A stretch of 64,000 bases of DNA from a bacterium. GTDB taxonomy: Bacteria > Desulfobacterota > DSWW01. The notes beneath the pieces are model-generated. The model was not told the DNA's origin and did no database searches. It saw only the letters and a list, made by a program, of their open reading frames with translations. Of this stretch, positions 1 to 8,648 are shown one piece after another (the stretch's first letter is position 1; every line of letters starts with the position of its first letter). Location of the stretch: the NCBI GenBank assembly GCA_040756235.1, contig JBFLZG010000006.1, forward strand, positions 32,505 to 96,504. The letters are read 5' to 3'. The translations under genes were made by a program, and so were the position numbers.

Positions 1-51
1 CGCTTCATTATTCCCCTGCCCGGTGCGGACCGCAATTGAGCACGCACTGAA

Positions 52-74
52 GGGGCAGGTTTCAAACCTGCCCC
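52..74. repeat. REP-like palindrome GGGGCAGGT-TTCAA-ACCTGCCCC
   Basis: Perfect 9-bp inverted repeat; same style as the GTAG/CTAC-type REPs elsewhere in the window. Confidence 0.55.
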
Positions 75-176
75 AGGGTGCTGCCACCGGCACTCCGCAA
101 GAGATCGGTTGACAGCGTTATATGAGCTGGTTGATGATTGAGATACACGCGTTACACTCTGGGAGGCCGCAACAAC

Positions 177-1055
177 ATGCCGAACGTCGAGCTCGTTCTC
201 AAGAAAGACATCACGCTTTTCCGGCGCCTCGCCATCGGCACTTGGCGCACCGCTTACGACCCTTCCGTCTACGGCACCATGCAGCTCCGCATGGATCGCG
301 CGATGGAGTACATCGACGCCTACCGCGGAAAGACCGGCCTCCGCCTGACCGTCTCCCACCTGTTCGCCCGCGCCATGGCGGAAGTACTGAAGCGCATCCC
401 GGACGCCAACGCCATCCTGCGCTTCAACCGGATCTACCTGCGCAAGAGAATCGGGATCTTCTTCCAGGTGACGATGCGGGACGAAGAGACGGGCAAGCTC
501 GATCTTTCGGGCACCACGCTGTACGACGTCGACAAGAAGACCCTGCCCGAGATCGTGTCCGAGATGGAGAAAAAGGTCATGGCCGTCCGCAAGGGCACGG
601 ACGAGGCCCTGGAGAAGGGGCGCAAGGCGTTCCGTTTCGTGCCGCTCTTCCTCATGAATTTCATCGTCAAGCTCGTGGCCTTTCTCGGCTACACCCTGAA
701 CCTGGACTTGTCCAGGTTCGGCATCCAGAAGGACCCCTTCGGTTCGATCATGATCACCAACATCGGCGCCCTGGGGCTCGAGGCGGCCTACGTTCCTCTG
801 ATCCCGTACTCCCGGGTGCCTCTGCTGATGGCGATGGGCGCGGTCAAGGAAATCCCGCTGGTCGAGCACGGGAAGATCATCATCGCCAAGGTGATGGACA
901 TCAACGCCACGTTCGACCACCGGTTCTTCGAAGGCTCCCAGGCCGCTCTCATGGCAAGCGTGCTCCGGGCCTGGATGGAGGACCCGGTGAAGCATTTCGG
1001 TCCCATTCCGGAGAACGATGCAGCGGCTGCAAGCTCCCAGGCGGCACTTCAATAA
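177..1055 (+). CDS. 2-oxo-acid dehydrogenase E2 acyltransferase catalytic-domain-only protein
   Basis: GGAGG RBS at 162-166 before ATG 177; ITNIG and TFDHRFFEG (DHRxxDG-like) motifs; no lipoyl domain. Confidence 0.85.
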   Translation: MPNVELVLKKDITLFRRLAIGTWRTAYDPSVYGTMQLRMDRAMEYIDAYRGKTGLRLTVSHLFARAMAEVLKRIPDANAILRFNRIYLRKRIGIFFQVTMRDEETGKLDLSGTTLYDVDKKTLPEIVSEMEKKVMAVRKGTDEALEKGRKAFRFVPLFLMNFIVKLVAFLGYTLNLDLSRFGIQKDPFGSIMITNIGALGLEAAYVPLIPYSRVPLLMAMGAVKEIPLVEHGKIIIAKVMDINATFDHRFFEGSQAALMASVLRAWMEDPVKHFGPIPENDAAAASSQAALQ

Positions 1056-3103
1056 CCCGGCCTGCGGTAGACCAGGATTTTCGGATTGTGAAAAGCGAAC
1101 CTTCCCGCGGGTGATGCGAAGCTCGCCACGGGCGGCCGCGGCCCCCACTCTTTTTCCAGCGCCTCGTAGAACTCGACACCTTCCTTCAGCTCCCTGGACA
1201 GCTCTTCCGGCCCGAATTCGTACAACCGGTCGCTGAACAGCGAGGAAGTGACGAAGTAATCGACGCCGGGAGTGAGAAAGGTCGGCGCGCCTGCGGCTGC
1301 ATTCCGAATCGGGGAGGGCGCGTTGAAGCTCAGCGGTCCGAACGCCCGCAGGTCGAAGCGCGCTCGGGTGTCCAGGGTGCGGACCTCAAAAGCAGGACCC
1401 ACGTCGGACAGCGGCGGACCGTAAGCGGTGCTCAGGACGCTCGCCCCGGCGGGGATGTTCCGGAGACACCAGGCGATGGCGAGGTCGCGCGTGTCCGGGA
1501 CCATGTGGGCCACGATGTTCCGGGTTTCGAGGTACGCCCTTGCGCCGATCATGGCCGAAAGCCCTGTGGCAATCGATCCGATCAAGACGGTCGTCCTCAG
1601 CGTCCGGGTCGCTCGGCCCCAGAGCCGGAGCTGTGCGAGAAGCCAGATCGAGGCGACGGGCCACGCAACGGCGGCAAAGGGGAGCACGGGCACCATGTAA
1701 CGCTGATAGTTCGGGGGTGGCTTCAGGTAGGAGGCCTCGTGCACCCCGTAGAAGACGAGCGCAGCCAGGCAAAGGCTTCGAATGCCCGCGTCCTTGCGGC
1801 GCAAGGGCCAGAGAAAGAGCAGGGCCGCGATGGAAGCGGCTGCGGCGGGAGCGGTCATGCCCGGGATCAGACTCCGGCGCAGGTGGAAGGTCCAGCCGTG
1901 CCGCCACGGGCTGACACGGACTCCGCGGTGGCCGCTGATCACGCCGTGCCGCATCTCGTAGTCGAGCTCGCGGCCGAACCGGCCCGGATCCATGAGGATG
2001 AACGGGTTCGTGAGCAGGAACACCGCCGCCGCCAACGCAACGAGGCGGGCTCCCGGGGAGGTGCGGAAGCGGCGTTGTGCCCCGGGGTTCCGGGCCAACG
2101 CCCGTCTCCACCGGAGCACGGCGGCCGCGCTCGCGATGCCTGCGGCCGCGGCTACCGGGACGAGGGCATGGGGTGCGTGTTTCCTTACCACGAAGAAGGC
2201 CGTAATCGAAATCGCGAGCACGATAGAGGCGAGATTCCGCCCGCCGGCGGCAGACCGCAGCCATGCCCGGATACTCTCCCGATCGATCCGCTCTCTCCGG
2301 TGATGCAGGTGGGACAGATACAGGACCGGCAGGCAGATGATGCCTACGTACTTGGTCGAGACCGCGAGGCCTGCAGACAAAGCCGCCAGGATGTAGTCCC
2401 GGCGCCGTCCGTCGCGCGCCACCCGGGCTGAATACCATGCACTCAGGGTCACCCAGAAGGCGAGGGGCACGTCCTCCTTGATGTAGTGGCTGCATGCGAC
2501 GTGCAAGGGGAGCACGGCCAGGATCGAAGCCGCCAGCACGCCTGCCAGGTCCGCCAGGAGCACTGCCCCACTCCGCTGGCTTCCGGATGTCTCCCGCTCG
2601 CCGCTTGCGGCCGGCCTCAACAACCTGCCTGCGACGTCCCGGGCGACGAAGAAGACGAGAAGGACCGTTGCGGTGCCGTACAGGGCGACGGCGGTGCGGC
2701 CCGCGACCTGGATGCTCACGAGGGAATCGCCCTGGGCCGGGCCCGCGAGCTCCCGCACCGCCAGGGCCAGCAGCGTCGAAAGGAGCAGCAGAAAGGGATG
2801 ATGGAAGTAATCGAAGGCCGAGGGCCCGCCCCCGTGGAGCAGCCCGTCGATCGCCTTCACCTTGAGCGGCTCGTCGGGGTGATAGGCATGGGGCAGACCG
2901 AAGCCGTTGTTTTCCACCCGCAGCCACAGCGCGCCGGCAAGGACCGCGACCAGGCAAATACACAGCAAGGCGCGGGTCGCGATGAAAACAGCCTCTTGCA
3001 GCAGCCGGGCGTGGGCGCCTGCGGCGGCGCGCGCAGTCTCCTCCGCGCACGCGCGCCGATCGGCCGCCCTCGGTCCCCAAAACCCCCGTATGGCTTCAGA
3101 CAA
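1049..3103 (-). CDS. ArnT/PMT-like (GT-C, family 39-type) membrane glycosyltransferase
   Basis: N-terminal HPDE motif, YIKED, GLAVSTKY, many TM segments; start uncertain. Confidence 0.8.
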   Translation of the reverse strand: MSEAIRGFWGPRAADRRACAEETARAAAGAHARLLQEAVFIATRALLCICLVAVLAGALWLRVENNGFGLPHAYHPDEPLKVKAIDGLLHGGGPSAFDYFHHPFLLLLSTLLALAVRELAGPAQGDSLVSIQVAGRTAVALYGTATVLLVFFVARDVAGRLLRPAASGERETSGSQRSGAVLLADLAGVLAASILAVLPLHVACSHYIKEDVPLAFWVTLSAWYSARVARDGRRRDYILAALSAGLAVSTKYVGIICLPVLYLSHLHHRRERIDRESIRAWLRSAAGGRNLASIVLAISITAFFVVRKHAPHALVPVAAAAGIASAAAVLRWRRALARNPGAQRRFRTSPGARLVALAAAVFLLTNPFILMDPGRFGRELDYEMRHGVISGHRGVRVSPWRHGWTFHLRRSLIPGMTAPAAAASIAALLFLWPLRRKDAGIRSLCLAALVFYGVHEASYLKPPPNYQRYMVPVLPFAAVAWPVASIWLLAQLRLWGRATRTLRTTVLIGSIATGLSAMIGARAYLETRNIVAHMVPDTRDLAIAWCLRNIPAGASVLSTAYGPPLSDVGPAFEVRTLDTRARFDLRAFGPLSFNAPSPIRNAAAGAPTFLTPGVDYFVTSSLFSDRLYEFGPEELSRELKEGVEFYEALEKEWGPRPPVASFASPAGRFAFHNPKILVYRRPGY

Positions 3104-3308
3104 GGACGTGCTCGGCTCCTGTCATGCGTGGGATAGGCAAGCGGAGTGATGACACGAAGGATGCCGTCTGCAGGTAAGAAGTCTCGCATCGGAGGATAAA
3201 AGAGGATGTGCGTCCGGAGCGGGCAGCGGAGGAGCGTCAGATGCTATCGGCTGTCAGGGCATGACGGGCGCTCGCCGCAGGACTGCGGCTGCTTCCGGTT
3301 CGGGAGGG

Positions 3309-4094
3309 TCAGCCTGGCCGGGGCGTCAGCAGTCTGAGGAGTTGGGCGTGGATCCTGCCGTTGGACGCCACGACGCCCTTTCGGCCGGACGCGGCAGAGG
3401 ATCCGGAAAAGCTCGTGGCCCGGCCTCCTGCCTCGCTCACGACCAGGAGACCCGCAGCCGCGTCCCAGGGCGCCAGCTCGAGGACCCAATAGCCGTCGAT
3501 CCGCCCCGCAGCCACGTAGCACAGGTCGAGCGCCGCGGAGCCGGAGCGCCGCACGCTGCGGGCCTGCCGGATCAGGCGGGAGAATCGTCTGAGATTGGCA
3601 TCGCGCGCCTCACGGATGTTTTTGGGGAACCCGGTTGCCAGCAGGCAGCGGATCAGCCGACCCTCACGGCTCACGCGGATGGCCTCTCCGTTGAGCAAGG
3701 CGCCGCCCCCGCGGACCGCCGTGAACAGCTCGTTGCGCACCGGATCGAGCACCACGCCGGCGACGGTCAGGCCCTTGTGGCGCAGAGCGATGGAGGTGCA
3801 GAAATGCGGGAAGCCGTGGGCGTAATTGGTGGTGCCGTCGAGCGGATCCACGATCCAGAGGAAGGGGGAGTCGGCCGGCGCGGACCTGGACTCTTCCAGG
3901 AGGAAACCGTGGTCCGGGAAGGCGCTCCGGATCTTCCGGACGATGGCCGACTCGCAGGCGCGGTCCACTTCCGTGACGAGGTCTGTCTCGCCCTTGAAGC
4001 CGATGGTGTGAGGCTTGCCCAGAGCCTCCATCTGGATCCCGGCGGCTTCCCGGGCCGCTTCAACGGCCAACTCGAGGCAGGATGCCACTTGCAT
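3309..4094 (-). CDS. suhB: Inositol monophosphatase (SuhB family)
   Basis: DLVTEVD, WIVDPLDGTTNY, GSAALDL, WDAAAG motifs. Confidence 0.9.
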   Translation of the reverse strand: MQVASCLELAVEAAREAAGIQMEALGKPHTIGFKGETDLVTEVDRACESAIVRKIRSAFPDHGFLLEESRSAPADSPFLWIVDPLDGTTNYAHGFPHFCTSIALRHKGLTVAGVVLDPVRNELFTAVRGGGALLNGEAIRVSREGRLIRCLLATGFPKNIREARDANLRRFSRLIRQARSVRRSGSAALDLCYVAAGRIDGYWVLELAPWDAAAGLLVVSEAGGRATSFSGSSAASGRKGVVASNGRIHAQLLRLLTPRPG

Positions 4095-4343
4095 CGTTCG
4101 GTTCTCTTCTTGTCCCCGCGTCCCGCAAAGCCGTTCTGCGCGGAACGGCCCGCCGACGAATCTTATCCGAAGGACTTGCTTCGGGCAAACGATCGAAATC
4201 GCAAGGCCGGAACTCGGCATCCAAAGTATAAAAGCATGTCTCGGGTGCGTTTCCGGGCCAGAGAAATCCCGGCGCCGGTGCCGTCGGCCGAACCCGGACC
4301 TTTGCGACCCAGGCCCGTCACTCTCGAGTAAGGATCAGGACCC

Positions 4344-4937
4344 ATGGCCATCCACAGGCAAGCCCTCGTCGGTATGGAATTCGTTCAACGCGTACTGGAT
4401 TCGATGCCGCTGGTCATGTTTCTGGTGGATCAGGACTTCGTGATCGCCGACCTCAACGCCGCCGCAGCCGAGTTCGTGCGCACCAACAAGGAAGGCGTCC
4501 GGCAGCAGCGCGGCGGTACTGTCTTGGAGTGCCTCCACGCCGTCGAGGCCGACAGCGGATGCGGCCGATCGGAGTCCTGCAAGTCTTGCATCATACACGA
4601 AGCCGTACAGGCGGCCATCCGGGGACAGCGCGTCGAGAGGAAACACGCGAGACTCCTGAGCAGGAAGAACGGGGAGATACTGGAAGCGCACTATCTCGCG
4701 ACCGCTTGCCCGTTCGTGCACGAAGGGAAACCGTTCGCGCTGCTCATGCTGGAGGACGTGAGCGATCTGATCCGGCTGCAGAGCTTCCTGCCGATTTGCG
4801 CCGGGTGCAAGAAAATCCGCGATCGACAAAACCGCTGGCACAATCTCGAATCCTACCTCGAGTCACGTATTGACGTGGAGTTCACCCACGGGATGTGCCC
4901 GGAGTGCCTGGAAAAGTGGTACCCCGGGGAAGAATGA
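4344..4937 (+). CDS. PAS-domain protein with Cys-rich C-terminal tail
   Basis: LDSMP...LVD...N PAS start; C-terminal LPICAGCKKIRD...FTHGMCPEC. Confidence 0.75.
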   Translation: MAIHRQALVGMEFVQRVLDSMPLVMFLVDQDFVIADLNAAAAEFVRTNKEGVRQQRGGTVLECLHAVEADSGCGRSESCKSCIIHEAVQAAIRGQRVERKHARLLSRKNGEILEAHYLATACPFVHEGKPFALLMLEDVSDLIRLQSFLPICAGCKKIRDRQNRWHNLESYLESRIDVEFTHGMCPECLEKWYPGEE

Positions 4938-5130
4938 TGCAGCGGACGACATTCCCGCGCAAGAGGCTGTGTCACAACCCGGACACCCCATGTGACCGCT
5001 TGTTTCCAAGGACCCTGCGGCGGCTAATGATTTCCGTCATTCCGGCGAAGGAGGCCGTGTCATGAGCCGGTCCAACCCTCATGCGGCCACTCATTCCGGA
5101 GGACTCACCGGCCACGGCCACATGCTTTCC

Positions 5131-5241
5131 GTCATTCCGGCGAAGGCCGGAATCCAGTCCCTGCACCCAGTCCTACAGCCGGTCCGGGTGCACCCTTATG
5201 GATCCCGGCTCACACGCGCTCCGCACATGAGCCGGGATGAC
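5131..5241 (+). repeat. REPIN-like composite palindrome (GTCATTCCGGCG..GCCGGAATCCAG + GGATCCCGG..CCGGGATGAC)
   Basis: Two hairpins bounded by GTCAT/ATGAC; partial extra copies at 5036-5058 and 5255-5268; six copies in the window. Confidence 0.85.
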
Positions 5242-5273
5242 GAATGAGAACACCGGGCCGGGAATGACGGCCC

Positions 5274-6794
5274 CTATTTCCCGCTGTCCCTGCCCCAGAT
5301 GCGCGTGACGGCCACTTCCAGAGGTTCGTAGACGAGCCGCACGAGGCTCTTCTCGTCCCCGGGTGCGAAGGTCCGGGGAATGGCGAAGATGTAGGTGCGG
5401 AAGGCGACCTTCTCCTCCACCTGGTCCAGGCGATCCAGCGTGTACCCCGTCGAGCCCCAGGTGCCGTGGAGCCCGGGCTCCTTCTCGTCCGCGTGCAGGC
5501 GGTCGTCCAGGTAGAAGAGCTTCATGTTGGGTCGGATCGATTCGGTGCGCATCCTCAGGATGTTGGCCCAGCCGCCCTGCGCGCCCACCAGGAGGGCCCA
5601 GAGGTACGGTTCCCGGCTCAGGCTTTGCTCCTGAGGAGAGAGGATCCCGTCCACGAGGCAGCCCTCGGGCGCGTTCTGCGAGTTGGTCCACGCGAGCCCG
5701 ACAGCCTCGCTCGTGAAATCGGTGGTGAAAAAGGCGTTCACCTTGGAGATCTTCTTCACCAGCCCCGGCAGGCTCACTTCGCCGTCGAAGTAGAAGAAGT
5801 TCGAATAGTAGTGGCTCTCCGTCTCCAGCTTGGCCTCGCCCATGAGGCTGTCCATCTTGATGCCTTTGATCACGATGCTGCTGTAGACCCGGCGGGTCAC
5901 CCGGACCGGTCCGTCGCTGTATCCGAGAACGTAGGGAATGATGGCGTTCTTGGGGTCGAGGTCGAAGTGGATGAACAGGATCCGGATCTCCACACGGACC
6001 CGGAAGCCGTGGAGAAGGTCGACGCCGCTCCCGCCGGCGCTCTGCGGGACGATCCAGCAGCCGTACGCAAAGGGCTTGTCCGCATCCGGGAAACCGGTGA
6101 CGTAGCGGCTCGCCCGGATCTGTTCGCTCACTCCGGCGCCCCTCGGCTCGAGCGCGTAGTCCACGTAGTCGCTTTCGGCCGGGGGGCCGGAGCCGGAAGC
6201 GGCGAGCTCGGCGCGCGGCTCTGCGCGGGCCGCCACGTATGCCCAAGCCGTGCCGCCGTCCTCCGGATCGCGAAGCTCGATCTCCGCGCCCCGGAGGAGA
6301 TCGGCCGGCAGCGCCGCTTCCGGAGGGTACCGGTCGCCCGCGTCCGCGGCCATGAAGAGGACCTGGTATCTGCCGCCGAGCCGCTCGGGACGGTCCGGGT
6401 TCGGGCTGAAGTCGTAGACGGCCTTTCGCCTCACGCGGTTCACGTGCTCAGGGATGACCAGCCCGTCGCTGCCGAGCGGGTCGATCTGGGAAGGGATCAC
6501 GTGGAACCGGCCGTCGCGGTAAGCGCAAACGGCCACGCCCCCGGGGGGGCTTCCGTCGAACAGACCCTCCAGCCGTTCGCTCTCCAGGACGACCGCGTCT
6601 CTGGATCTCTCGAGGGATCTCGAGAGCGAGCCGGACGCCGCGCCGCTTTGCGCCTCGGGGGGGAGAGCTCCCGACAGCATGAAGAACAGCTGCGTGAGCG
6701 CGAGAGCGTGGCCGAGGCCGGCCCCTCCGGTGCGCACGGTCCCCGGGCCGAGCCTGGTCGTCGGGCGGATCACGAGGTCACCTTTGCGGTGCAT
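5274..6794 (-). CDS. Hypothetical exported/periplasmic protein (~506 aa)
   Basis: Protein-like 3' part of the 1108-aa ORF with hydrophobic N-terminal segment; 5' part of that ORF is the antisense shadow of the kinase. Confidence 0.65.
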   Translation of the reverse strand: MHRKGDLVIRPTTRLGPGTVRTGGAGLGHALALTQLFFMLSGALPPEAQSGAASGSLSRSLERSRDAVVLESERLEGLFDGSPPGGVAVCAYRDGRFHVIPSQIDPLGSDGLVIPEHVNRVRRKAVYDFSPNPDRPERLGGRYQVLFMAADAGDRYPPEAALPADLLRGAEIELRDPEDGGTAWAYVAARAEPRAELAASGSGPPAESDYVDYALEPRGAGVSEQIRASRYVTGFPDADKPFAYGCWIVPQSAGGSGVDLLHGFRVRVEIRILFIHFDLDPKNAIIPYVLGYSDGPVRVTRRVYSSIVIKGIKMDSLMGEAKLETESHYYSNFFYFDGEVSLPGLVKKISKVNAFFTTDFTSEAVGLAWTNSQNAPEGCLVDGILSPQEQSLSREPYLWALLVGAQGGWANILRMRTESIRPNMKLFYLDDRLHADEKEPGLHGTWGSTGYTLDRLDQVEEKVAFRTYIFAIPRTFAPGDEKSLVRLVYEPLEVAVTRIWGRDSGK

Positions 6795-7122
6795 CGCTGC
6801 GCGGGCCCTCTCCTTCTGATGGATGAAACGGCTCCAAATCGCCATAACGACTAGTCCATTTCCCAGCCGAACGCAACCGAGCCGCGTGAGCACTCGGCGT
6901 GTCCGCCAACCGGGGCAAGATGGCGTGCGGTGCGGCGTGAACGGGCGTCGCATCGTGGCTGCAGAGCAGACAGCCTTGGAAAGGCGTCGGTTTTGCCGTG
7001 TTTTGCTCCATGTGGGGGGGGTGGCGGTGTTGAGGATCCTTGACATTTCCTCCCTCTGAGGGACCGCCTCGGATCGCAGCGGACCCTTCAGAAATCGCGC
7101 CACTGGACCGCGCCACAGGTCC

Positions 7123-7138
7123 TGGCATGGAGCTTGCC
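7123..7138 (+). promoter_or_regulatory. Sigma-54 (-24/-12) promoter TGGCAT-GGAGC-TTGCC
   Basis: Matches TGGCAY-N5-TTGC with exact spacing, just upstream of the 7165-10938 operon. Confidence 0.7.
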
Positions 7139-7164
7139 ACGGCTTACTGGGCGAGCCGAGCGCC

Positions 7165-7446
7165 GTGAAGCGCGTTATCGACAGTCTGCTGAAGGGGAGG
7201 CGAGCGGGCGTGGCACGTTGCCCGGTGGCACACAGGAAGACTCTCTGGGATCTTGCCGAAATCGTCTGGGACGAGGTCGAACGGAGCTGGGGCCGGCATG
7301 AACAGTCGGTCCGGATCGCCGACCGGATCCTGCTCCGCCTGGTCTGCCGATACGTGCGCAACGTGGAAGTGATGACGCGCAGCGACGGCCGCCAAGCGCC
7401 TTGCGAGGAAGCCCCGGCGCCCGGACGCTCGATCGAGGACCCATGA
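7165..7446 (+). CDS. Small hypothetical protein (93 aa)
   Basis: Follows sigma-54 promoter; stop overlaps next start (ATGA 7443-7446). Confidence 0.5.
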   Translation: MKRVIDSLLKGRRAGVARCPVAHRKTLWDLAEIVWDEVERSWGRHEQSVRIADRILLRLVCRYVRNVEVMTRSDGRQAPCEEAPAPGRSIEDP

Positions 7447-8648
7447 CCGTGGCGGCACGGGAGACGGCCCCTTCCGTGGAGGACGAGCCGGCCGTCCTGA
7501 TCGTGGACGACGAACCGGAGAGCCGGGCCCTTCTGCGCCGGAGCTTGCGCAGCCGCTACCGGCTCCTGGAGGCTGCAAGCGGGCAGGAAGCGCTTCCGTT
7601 GCTGCGCACGGCTGCGATCATGGTGATCATTGCGGACCAGCGCATGCCGGGCATGACCGGAGTGGCGTTTCTGGCAGAAGCCGTGCGGCTCGCGCCGCAC
7701 GCGCAGCGGATCCTGCTCACGGCGTACACCGAGGTGGAGGGCCTGATCGAGGCGATCCATGCCGCCCGGGTCTTCGGCTACGTGGCAAAGCCCTGGCATC
7801 CGGGCGAGCTGCTCCGGCTGGTGGAGAAGGCGGGACAGACCTGGCGTCTCCTGGAGGAGAACGAACGGCTCCTGCAGGATCTCCGGGCCCAGAACCTGCA
7901 GCTGCAGGCCCTTCTGGATGAAACAAGACGGCTGGAAGCCGAAAAGATCCAGGCGGAACGGTGGGCCGCCCTCGGCCGGGTGGCCGGCATGATCGCCCAC
8001 GATCTGCGAAACCCGCTGACCGTCATCCGCGTCCAGGCCGGCCTCCTGAAGGATGGGGAGATGCTCGAGAGTCAGCAGGAGCGCGCGCTCGAGGCGATTC
8101 TGGACCAGGTGGGCTGTATGCATCACCGGCTCGAGGAGCTCCTCCTGGTGGCCAAACCCGCGGCGTGCGGGGAGCCGGCGCGTTCCTACTCCCTCCAGGT
8201 CCTGGTGCGCTCCGTGGAGGGGGCCTTCCGGGACCGGTGCCTGGCCCGCAATATCCGGCTCGAGCAGCGGCTCGCCTTCAGCGGCTGCTGCTGGATGCGG
8301 CCGGGCCAGATGTATCGGGTTCTCGAGAACCTGCTGCAGAACGCGGTCGAGGCCTTGGGCAAGGGCGGGCGGATCCTCCTGGCCACGGACGAGGCCGACG
8401 AGCGCAACGCGGTCATCCGGGTGGCCGACTCGGGCCCGGGCATCGCGCCCGACCTCGAGGGCTCCCTGTTCCAGCCGTTCGCCACCTGGAACAAGCCGCG
8501 CGGCACCGGGCTGGGGCTGGCGATCGTCAAGAAGATCGTTGAGGAGCACGGCGGCCGGGTGTGGCAGGCGCCCTTCGAGCTGGAGGGCGCCTGCTTCCAC
8601 CTGACCTTGCCGAAAGGGCCGCCGGAGGACGGGGATGTCTGCTCATAA
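7443..8648 (+). CDS. Hybrid receiver-histidine kinase (REC-HisKA-HATPase)
   Basis: IVDDE, ADQRMP, AKPW receiver; AHDLRNPL H-box; NLLQNA, DSGPG, GTGLGL. Confidence 0.92.
   Translation: MTVAARETAPSVEDEPAVLIVDDEPESRALLRRSLRSRYRLLEAASGQEALPLLRTAAIMVIIADQRMPGMTGVAFLAEAVRLAPHAQRILLTAYTEVEGLIEAIHAARVFGYVAKPWHPGELLRLVEKAGQTWRLLEENERLLQDLRAQNLQLQALLDETRRLEAEKIQAERWAALGRVAGMIAHDLRNPLTVIRVQAGLLKDGEMLESQQERALEAILDQVGCMHHRLEELLLVAKPAACGEPARSYSLQVLVRSVEGAFRDRCLARNIRLEQRLAFSGCCWMRPGQMYRVLENLLQNAVEALGKGGRILLATDEADERNAVIRVADSGPGIAPDLEGSLFQPFATWNKPRGTGLGLAIVKKIVEEHGGRVWQAPFELEGACFHLTLPKGPPEDGDVCS

Noticed and set aside
7014..7021. G8 tract as phase-variation switch
   Set aside because: Short for a GC-rich genome and not within a promoter spacer or CDS.
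6795..8600. 5' extension of the 1108-aa minus-strand ORF
   Set aside because: Antisense shadow of the REC-kinase plus intergenic read-through; only the 3' ~506 codons look coding.
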